NCBI GenBank assembly: GCA_965612795.1
Contig: CBFDTI010000037.1
Span: 1-12,173, forward strand
Length of the DNA stretch: 12,173 bases
Source of the DNA: an uncultured bacterium
GTDB taxonomy: Bacteria; Hydrothermota; UBA3073; NMUJ01
Direction of reading: 5' to 3'
Shown: positions 1 through 7,600 of the stretch, piece after piece
Layout: each line of letters opens with the position of its first letter
Numbering within the stretch: position 1 is the stretch's first letter
Notes under the pieces: model-generated
Seen by the model: the letters and a program-made list of their open reading frames with translations, nothing else
Told to the model about the DNA's origin: nothing
Database searches by the model: none
Position numbers and translations under genes: made by a program

Positions 1-1415
1 CATACCTCGAAATTGCCCGCCCCCAAACCCGGTGTAAACTTCGTATGTAGTTTAGCTTGTGGTATACAAAGTAGTTTACCCTCAAGTTGCTCAGTTATTG
101 GATACGATAGCTTTAACGTCTCCGGCATTACCATGGCGTTTGTATCGGTACGTAATAAAATGAAACATTCATCTCCCCCATATGTGAGCTCCGTCATCCC
201 ATTGTATTCCTGAACTTTACCCTTTACGATGATCTCGTCACCCACCCGTGGATTATAGTCGAACCCATAAATAGCCACACCTGCGGTGGTATCCTGAATG
301 AAGAATTGGCCACCCGCCATTTGGGGTGAGGTTATCACACCTCTTACAGTTACGATTTGACCCAATAACTGTGAATCATAGCCGGAGGTATCGGGTTGCT
401 GCACTTCACTAATAGATATTATAGGTAACGAATCGATTACATTGATCACAGGTATGGTTGGCACAGCGACCAGCATTCCCCCAGGTGGTGCAGTTTTCAC
501 TCCGAATTGGTGCTCACCAACCTCGTATGGTTCCACATCATGAAGATATATACGGAGTGAATCCACCACAGTTAGGCTGTCAAAGTATAGATGTGATGGG
601 CTGGCCTCACCCAACACGGGTTGCATCGGATATATTGTATATCCCAAAGAATGCCATGTCCAACCTTCAGGTATTATTATTTCAAGCTTCTCAATAGTAT
701 CAGAGGTTATGATGTCAAACCTTAGTGTTAATCGCTCATTTTTGAACACCACGTGTGGGTTAAGTTTTACTATACCAGGGCCTACCGCGGCAGGGGTGAA
801 ATCTGCAGGCGATCTTGGCTCAATCTGATAACTCTCATAGTATTGTGTAAGTGGCGAGATAATGTTGACATACTCTTCCGGGATCGCAGCACCTACCATC
901 GAATCGTTATACTTGCTTACCCATACCGGTAACTGGTTACCTTCATTATCTTCAATATGGTATGTAGTGTTACCCTGGAACGTACCAGATTCTATGAATC
1001 TTACGCTATCGATACGTATGAGCATACCTTCATAGTCCTCACCATTACTATGTATCGCAGGTATAGTGAGTTTATAAGGTGACGGCAGACTATGATTACG
1101 TGCTACTATATGTATCGTAAAGATGTCGTTGCTTACCCACAATTCAGTGAGATTGGCAAACTCCTTCACCAACCCCGTAATTACAATGCTATCACCTACG
1201 TGTATATCGGGTGTATTTCTGCCACCTCTATAGACATATATACCGGAACGTAATTCACCCGACATATCTTGTAAGTAGAAATTATTACCCGTAAGACCTG
1301 TCACTATACCTGACGTTGTAACTGTATCACCTACGTAGGGAGAGGTATCACCTCCACCCTGTATTTCGCTAATAGAACAATAAGGATAAAGAATGAGAAC
1401 CATTAAGATCAACAT
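1..1415 (-). CDS. Secreted protein with repeated YhcR-like OB-fold modules (nuclease-associated type); partial, 3' end outside the window
   Basis: Hand translation from ATG at 1415 stays open for 471 codons to the window edge: MLILMVLILYPYCSISEIQGGGDTSPYVGDTVTTSGIVTGLTGNNFYLQD...SGIYVY...VGDSIVITGLVKEFANLTEL...EDYEGMLIRI...YQIEPRSPADF. The motifs I.EIQG...SP..G..V...G.VT, F.LQD, GD...V.G.V.E....TEL and E..EG.L are typical of OB-fold domains in extracellular nucleases. Missing from the ORF track because there is no stop codon in the window. Confidence 0.85.
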   Translation of the reverse strand, partial: MLILMVLILYPYCSISEIQGGGDTSPYVGDTVTTSGIVTGLTGNNFYLQDMSGELRSGIYVYRGGRNTPDIHVGDSIVITGLVKEFANLTELWVSNDIFTIHIVARNHSLPSPYKLTIPAIHSNGEDYEGMLIRIDSVRFIESGTFQGNTTYHIEDNEGNQLPVWVSKYNDSMVGAAIPEEYVNIISPLTQYYESYQIEPRSPADFTPAAVGPGIVKLNPHVVFKNERLTLRFDIITSDTIEKLEIIIPEGWTWHSLGYTIYPMQPVLGEASPSHLYFDSLTVVDSLRIYLHDVEPYEVGEHQFGVKTAPPGGMLVAVPTIPVINVIDSLPIISISEVQQPDTSGYDSQLLGQIVTVRGVITSPQMAGGQFFIQDTTAGVAIYGFDYNPRVGDEIIVKGKVQEYNGMTELTYGGDECFILLRTDTNAMVMPETLKLSYPITEQLEGKLLCIPQAKLHTKFTPGLGAGNFEV

Positions 1416-1421
1416 TTTTTA

Positions 1422-1448
1422 AAAATATTCGGGTCTACAAAATTACAA
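1422..1448 (-). promoter_or_regulatory. Possible sigma70-type promoter for the OB-fold gene
   Basis: Minus strand reads TTGTAA (1448-1443), 15 nt, TATTTT (1427-1422), 6 nt, ATG. The spacer is short and the region is AT-rich, so support is weak. Confidence 0.3.
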
Positions 1449-1463
1449 CCCACGGAGTGGATT
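1447..1463 (-). terminator. Small stem-loop after the long gene run; weak terminator or processing-site candidate
   Basis: Minus-strand RNA AAUCCAC-UCC-GUGGGUU forms a 7-bp stem (one G-U pair) with a 3-nt loop, followed by GUAAUUUUG; it starts 18 nt after the stop codon at 1482. Confidence 0.25.
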
Positions 1464-1481
1464 CTATGCCTCATTTGTGAG

Positions 1482-1805
1482 TTAACGTGTAAGCAACAAC
1501 ATATATGCAACTGTTACACCCAATATATCAGCTATGATATCCTTGTAGCTTACGTACGTGTGACGTACTTTCCAATCGTACAGCTCTTTCAATACACCCA
1601 ACGATATCGTAACCCCTATCGCTAAGTTACGTGCAGGTTCATAACGCCAATCATTTTGGCAATACGTCACATGGAATAATATCGTCGATATACCAAGAGA
1701 GTAACTAAAATGGTGCAACTTATCCACACTGAACCACTTATCTTCAATTTTATACGTACTGTCGGGTGATACCATCACCAGTATACCTATAAGGATGATA
1801 GCCAT
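1482..1805 (-). CDS. YfiM/DUF2279/VanZ-like small membrane protein
   Basis: Motifs DKWFSVDKLHHF, KELYD and SYKDIIADILG with hydrophobic helices. ATG at 1805 (MAIILIGILVMV), preceded by GGTGGGG, is preferred over the track's GTG start at 1817. Confidence 0.75.
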   Translation of the reverse strand: MAIILIGILVMVSPDSTYKIEDKWFSVDKLHHFSYSLGISTILFHVTYCQNDWRYEPARNLAIGVTISLGVLKELYDWKVRHTYVSYKDIIADILGVTVAYMLLLTR

Positions 1806-2494
1806 TCGCCCCACCACAGAATACCACGTAACGTTAGATGAACATCGTAGCGATAACCCATAAATTCAGCCCCTAACCAACCCCAACCTCCTGTGAATAT
1901 AATTTTCATACCCTCTGCTTGTTGCTTAAACCGCTGAATAATGCCTTCAATACGGGCAACTTCACCCCATACGATGCCGGCTACTACACCTTCGTTCGTG
2001 TTACGTCCAATAAGTGGTACCTGTTTGGTGATTGTGAATTCGGGTTTTATGTTTAAATGTGGCAATTTTTTATGATAAAACTCACACGAATAAGACACAC
2101 CTGGTAGTATTAGCCCACCTTGATGTCTGTGATCAACTAGAAAGTCCACCGTGGTTGCCGTCCCCATATCTATTACAAGTAAAGGCGAACCCAGCATTTT
2201 ATGTCCCGCTATTACGTTTGCACGTCGGTCAACCCCCAACCCTTCATAAGCCCATTGTATAGGGGCGGGTGTCCTTTTGGTTAGCCATACAAATTTGTCT
2301 CTATGAGTTGTTATACTTACTGTAGTATCACGTACGGATATGATAAACACTCTTATCACTTTATCCAGATATTGCTCAATTATCGATAAGGCTTCGTCCC
2401 ATGTATCTTTACACCATGCTTTCTCTATATCTGTAGTACCTAAACCCACCTTGATTTTGGTAGTACCTATATCAACTGCTAGCTTCCATGCCAT
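1787..2494 (-). CDS. coaX: Type III pantothenate kinase
   Basis: LAVDIGTT (canonical DxGNT), GLGVDR, VIDMGTATTVD, GGLILPG, GRNT, IFTGG and LTLRG match the CoaX motifs in order. Confidence 0.93.
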   Translation of the reverse strand: MAWKLAVDIGTTKIKVGLGTTDIEKAWCKDTWDEALSIIEQYLDKVIRVFIISVRDTTVSITTHRDKFVWLTKRTPAPIQWAYEGLGVDRRANVIAGHKMLGSPLLVIDMGTATTVDFLVDHRHQGGLILPGVSYSCEFYHKKLPHLNIKPEFTITKQVPLIGRNTNEGVVAGIVWGEVARIEGIIQRFKQQAEGMKIIFTGGWGWLGAEFMGYRYDVHLTLRGILWWGEWLSSL

Positions 2495-3518
2495 TAATGA
2501 ATGACTTCACTAGTTCGGCACGCTCTTTCTCGGCGATATGTTGTTGTAATTTTCTACCTGTACGTTTTTCGAGATGTGAATGCCTTGTGATCAACAGCAA
2601 GTTGGTAAATCTTGGCAATTCCTTTGCTGAAAATATGAGCCCCATCGAGATACCCATCCGGATACCTGAGATGTAGGTCCAGGTTTCCTCTTCTGATAAT
2701 AGTCGTGCGTATTTTAGTAACCCCCACGATCTGGTGACTTTATCTTCTAGAATATCGGCCAGATGTGTATTCATAACCTCACGTGCCTTGTTCTCTTGTT
2801 TGATGAGCGCATTAGCAAGATACTCGAAGGGTGTGATTATCTCTTCACGAAATGCCCAAGTAAGTGCGTTAGTTACCACGAATATGTAGCCGGTAGTACC
2901 TGCACCCCATAGGTTGTGAAATATGAACCCCTGTGGAGTAAGTGTCTCCACAGTAAAGTTATATTGTCTCAACAATACTAATGCAGGGAGATGCAAGGTG
3001 ATCGCAACCCTCAACCCTGTACCTACCTCAAGTGGTGACGCAGTGAGGTGCCCCCATTCCTCTGAATATGCATATTCGAGGCCTAATATTTTTGCGGTTT
3101 CGTTCGCTTTATGATACGCTTCCCTTATGTTAAGCCCGCTCGCAAAACTCTGTATCACAAGGTGGTCACGGTCGTTCACCATTATGCTTATGTCTTCGTC
3201 AGTACTTATAGCTACGAGTTTACCTTTGGGTGAATCGAGGAACGTCTTACTGATGAGAAACCTCTCCCATAAGAAGTTGCGGTCCTCTGGGCTTAGCTCT
3301 TCGCCCTTAAAGGTTGTGAACTCTTTCAACTTTTTACTATGTTCGATCGCATAGGCTATGATCTCGCGCACCTCTTCGAGTTCGTCATCGCTCGCCTTCA
3401 GGGGGAAATTGTATCCTTTAAGGTTGCGTACGAGTTTAGCCCTTGTAAAAAGTGGTATATCAGAAGTAGTATCGCCCCACCACTCAGGTGCTCTTTTGGC
3501 CTTTTGCTCTAAGTTCAT
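2472..3518 (-). CDS. mcsB: McsB-family ATP:guanido phosphotransferase homologue, probably catalytically inactive
   Basis: RNLKGYNFP, SIMVNDRDHL, GHLTASPLEVGTGLR, LHLPAL, EDKVTRSWGLLKYARLLS and SGIRMG follow the McsB scaffold, and the gene lies directly downstream of mcsA. Active-site motifs are substituted (see findings). Confidence 0.9.
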   Translation of the reverse strand: MNLEQKAKRAPEWWGDTTSDIPLFTRAKLVRNLKGYNFPLKASDDELEEVREIIAYAIEHSKKLKEFTTFKGEELSPEDRNFLWERFLISKTFLDSPKGKLVAISTDEDISIMVNDRDHLVIQSFASGLNIREAYHKANETAKILGLEYAYSEEWGHLTASPLEVGTGLRVAITLHLPALVLLRQYNFTVETLTPQGFIFHNLWGAGTTGYIFVVTNALTWAFREEIITPFEYLANALIKQENKAREVMNTHLADILEDKVTRSWGLLKYARLLSEEETWTYISGIRMGISMGLIFSAKELPRFTNLLLITRHSHLEKRTGRKLQQHIAEKERAELVKSFINGMEASS

Positions 3519-3963
3519 TTTCGATTTCTCTTATCTTATCGCGTATCTTGGCAGCCTCCTCGTATGCCTCCTTGTCAAGCAGCTCCTGCAATTTCCTCCT
3601 CAATTTGTAAAGCTGAAGGTGTTTGTCAGGTTCTTCGTCCCTTATTTCTGCACCTTTTGGGGGTACCTCTTTCTGCCATGGTGTACGTACTAATAAGTTT
3701 TTAATAAATTGGCCAAACGTTTCATAGCAGGCGATACACCCGAGCTCCATATTCTGTAGGAACTCTTCGTATGTGAGCCCACAACGTGGACATACGCGTT
3801 GCCCTTGCTGTACATCGTGTTTTGGGACATAGGGTTCTTTCGATATTTCCAGCTTATTACGCAGGCATATACTACATATAGGGATGATCTCCTTATTCTC
3901 TCGGAAGACTACTATTACATACTTGAATTGGGCTTCACGTTTACCGCAAACAGCGCACTTCAT
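3484..3963 (-). CDS. mcsA: McsA-family protein (four CxxC motifs plus C-terminal UvrB/UvrC coiled coil)
   Basis: CAVC, CSIC, CPRCGLTYEEF, LGCIACYETF and LQELLDKEAYEEAAKIRDKIREIE; adjacent to mcsB. Confidence 0.92.
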   Translation of the reverse strand: MKCAVCGKREAQFKYVIVVFRENKEIIPICSICLRNKLEISKEPYVPKHDVQQGQRVCPRCGLTYEEFLQNMELGCIACYETFGQFIKNLLVRTPWQKEVPPKGAEIRDEEPDKHLQLYKLRRKLQELLDKEAYEEAAKIRDKIREIENELRAKGQKST

Positions 3964-4615
3964 TTAATACCCCCTTACTTAATTGATAGCAGCGATCTGC
4001 AATTTTCATCATTTTATTTTTGTGTGTCACTATCACCGCGGCCATCTTTCTATCTTTAATTACTCGATAGATCAAATTATGCAATAGGTCACTCGACTTC
4101 TCGTCAAGGTTACCTGATGGTTCGTCTGCTAATAGTATTGATGGTAGGTTTATTAGTGCGCGTGCAACTGCAACCCGTTGACGTTCGCCACCTGATAATT
4201 CTGCGGGATAGTGAAACGTTTTACCATGTAACCCCACAAGATTGAGTAGTTCCACCCCAAAGTCGAGATCGGGCTTCTTACCCTTAATTATAGAAGGTAG
4301 TAGCACGTTTTCAACCACGGTTAACTCAGGTATTAATTGGTGGAACTGAAACACAAACCCTATTTTCTCGTTACGTAAGCGGGCAAGCTCACGATCACCC
4401 AACGTGGATGTATCACGTCCATCGATCCATACTTTGCCAGTGTCGGGTTTGTCGAGTGTCCCCAGTATGTTGAGCAGTGTGGTCTTACCCGAACCCGATG
4501 GTCCTAACACCACCACAATTTCGTTTGCACGTACTTCCAAGTTTATACCCCTAAGTACAGTCAACCGTCTCTTATCCTCTGGGTAGCTCTTCCAGATATT
4601 TTCTGCTTTAAGCAT
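3941..4615 (-). CDS. lolD: ABC transporter ATP-binding protein, LolD/MacB-like
   Basis: Walker A GPSGSGKTT, LRNEKIGFVFQFHQL, signature LSGGERQRVAVARAL, LADEPSGNLD and IVTH switch; 224 aa. Family is certain; lolD orthology is only probable. Confidence 0.8.
   Translation of the reverse strand: MLKAENIWKSYPEDKRRLTVLRGINLEVRANEIVVVLGPSGSGKTTLLNILGTLDKPDTGKVWIDGRDTSTLGDRELARLRNEKIGFVFQFHQLIPELTVVENVLLPSIIKGKKPDLDFGVELLNLVGLHGKTFHYPAELSGGERQRVAVARALINLPSILLADEPSGNLDEKSSDLLHNLIYRVIKDRKMAAVIVTHKNKMMKIADRCYQLSKGVLNEVRCLR
3970..3976 (-). promoter_or_regulatory. Shine-Dalgarno-like site for mcsA
   Basis: AAGGGGG followed by TATTAA and the ATG at 3963. Confidence 0.5.
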
Positions 4616-7600
4616 TAGCGGATGACAAGAAATTTATCAAGTTTGCTAGTGGTTAGGCGTTGACCAGGCTCTTCTCTTATTGCAACAACCTTGTAGAAGT
4701 AGATACCGCTGCCAATTTTGTCGCCGATAAAGTCGCATGTATCCCATTCGATCTCATTATAGCCGGCGGATAGGTCGAACGGGCCCAACACCTGTATCAC
4801 CCTACCCGTGATCGTGTAAATACGTATCCATACCATGCTTTCTTTAGTTAGGTAGAAATAGAATGTAACTTTATCACCACGCACGGGGTTGGGGTAAACC
4901 CGCAATTGTGTAATGTCAAGCGGTTGCTCCCACATTACAGTTATGTGAAAAGAATCTACCCGCACATTACATATGTTATCAGAAGCTGAGAAGTATAAGG
5001 TAAAATCCGATAGCGCAGGTGGTACATTCACCTCGTACTCGAGCTTGCCGCGTGTCTGGCTACCTAAATCGTACGTGAAGTAATCACTTAGATATATAGG
5101 GTTGGAAAATCGTGGATCATCGTAACTCATACGTATCGCATAAGGACCAGTTCTATCGAATATATTGATACCGCTTGAATCCTCTATCACACCATAGAGG
5201 GTAAAAGATGGTGGTATCTCCATGCCAGACCTTAGTTGTTTACCATTAACATAGAGTTTGATGGTTGGTGGCACGGTATCGTTAATCACATGCGTATCTC
5301 GTATCACTATACCTGATATGCCTATAGTTGCCTCGTTGTCGGTACCGTCCCACCATATAAGGCTTATCTTACCGTCATCACCCGCCATGGGTGGCTGTAA
5401 TAGTGGCCATGCTGGTGTGACAAACCGTATGCTAAACTTACCACCTACTACCGGTGCTATGCCTTCGAAGATAATCTCTTTATCTACCCTACCAGGGTAT
5501 GGGAAATACTGGTTGTTATACCCAGTAAATGGTGGAGCCCCTCTCATTGTATAGGTGATTGTGCCACCCCCCGGCAAGCTATGCGTATGCGTGTACGCAG
5601 ATGATAGCACGGTAACGTAGACCATACCATTGGGTAGACCATCGCCTTCGATCAGCGCTTCGGCTCCCCCATATAATGTATCAGGTACGTGTATATACCA
5701 TGTACTTATGTCGATATTGTTTAATCTTACTCTTATCAAGGGTTCACCAAACCCCTGATAGTTATCGTAGCTACCACCCGGGTATAACTTAGCCATAAGG
5801 AATGCATCACCTAACCGATTTACACTATCGGAGAATATCGATCTGAGCAACCTTACTCCTACGTTTTGGTTGGTAGTCGCCGATGCGGCACGGGTTGACG
5901 CCAACACCCCTATGGCACCGCCATGTGGCCACTTCTCGAGGTAATCACCGAGCCCATCTTTAGCTAAACGGTCGAAACACCCTACACCACATGCACCGAA
6001 GTAAAATATTGGTAGCTTGTAGTTATTTTCAAGCCCGTAGATATCGTCAGGGTTGACAAATACGCGTTCATGAGCTATAGTCTCTATGCTGCCATGGCCC
6101 ATCCACATAGCCAGAAACATACCCTTGTGTAGATAACGTAATATATCTTCCTTAGCACCGGGCTTATTACCAGGTCGGCTCGCAGGTGTCCAACTTGGAT
6201 CAGTAGCTTGTGTTACACCTTGGTAATTCATCAAGTATACCTTGTAGATGTCGTAACCTGCTGGTATTAATGGGGCGAATGAATTTTCAACCTGACTTGT
6301 ATGAAGCGATTCATTGATGGATTGTCCGTATTCGTCATCTGCTATGAGTAATACGCGGTGACGCCACCCACCATAAGAATGTTCGTAGTTGATAATCTTT
6401 TCTGTTAGCCAATAGGCTTCTTCTTCATTTTTTACAGTTGACCGCGTTATGACAACATCTGGAATGTCATCCTCATCGTAATTAATGCACGCAAAGTAAT
6501 CATCATAGCATTTATTCCCCTGAGGTGGGTACCCAAATATTCCGATGAGATAACCAGTCTCGTATGGAGGGATACGGTTACGATCGACTTCCTCTTTATA
6601 TCCATATGTACCTGCACCAAACAGATACACGTAACATAATCCCCAGTTATTGTATGCGTAGCGGATGAACCTCCTTATAGCGTCTGGGTGTGGGTAGCCG
6701 AACGAAAAATTGTCGTAGATTTCGTCGATTGGTACCACTTTCGTTTTTATACCGTGTGATGTACGCCATTCAGCTATTCGATTCGCGTAGGGTATGAACT
6801 CACGTATAGTGATGATTGTATAGTCCACATCTTCGTCCGTATAAAGCGAATATGGGTTAGATCTTTCAATTGCATCCACTGAGTAAGGGGTCGCTGTCCC
6901 TATATAGACGCCAGGTGAGGCATGAAATTTGTAGATATTACCCTCAAATGTACCACCTACCACTCGTACGGGTGTATAGCTATCCGTGATATTGAAAACG
7001 TAGGGATATGCACCAAACCCACTGATATAGACATTGGTATCCTCTTTTATTTCGAATTTTATGTCACGGTCGTGGGGTTCAAACCTACAGTCTGCAGTTA
7101 CTTCGAAGTAATCGAAATATAACCTATCTTCGAGCGTATCTTGGGGTGCCTTCCACTGTAGGATTGTGAACTTGTTTTCACCAGTTTTTAAATTGGTTAC
7201 TGGTACTTCCAACACCCATGGTGTGTAGGTGCTACCACCTTGTATGGTATCAGTACCGACCACGTGGTCGTTCAGTAGTAGCTTTACTCTATGTACCTGA
7301 GCACTTGGATTTTCACCGCTAAGATTGGTCCAATATCGATAGAATACTACCTTGAGGTAGCCACATGAATCTGCCAACTCTGGCAAATTAAATGTATAGG
7401 ACCAGCGGTTTTCAACTTCTATGGGGGAGCGGACAAGTTCCGTCCATATCCAACGTAACCCACCACGTGCGGGACAGAGGTGATCCTCCTCCCAATGGAA
7501 CGTATATGTGAATCTGTCCGGTGGTGTTTCACCTGTAGGGGGTGCTACCATGCTGTCTCTTCTACCGTCAGCGCCACCCCAGGTCAGCCAGTACGTTATG

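Noticed and set aside
1374..1415. Lipoprotein signal at Cys13 of the OB-fold protein (LYPYC)
   Set aside because: The residues before the Cys do not fit the L-[AS]-[GA]-C lipobox.
1416..1481. Riboswitch or small RNA in the intergenic gap
   Set aside because: Only 66 bp with two tiny hairpins and no recognisable aptamer consensus.
2459..2476. CoaX DIGTT instead of DxGNT as a sign of inactivation
   Set aside because: It is a single change; both key Asp motifs, GxDR and GTATT are intact.
2472..3518. Calling mcsB a pseudogene
   Set aside because: It is full length with no stop or frameshift, and the substitutions concentrate on functional residues while scaffold motifs persist.
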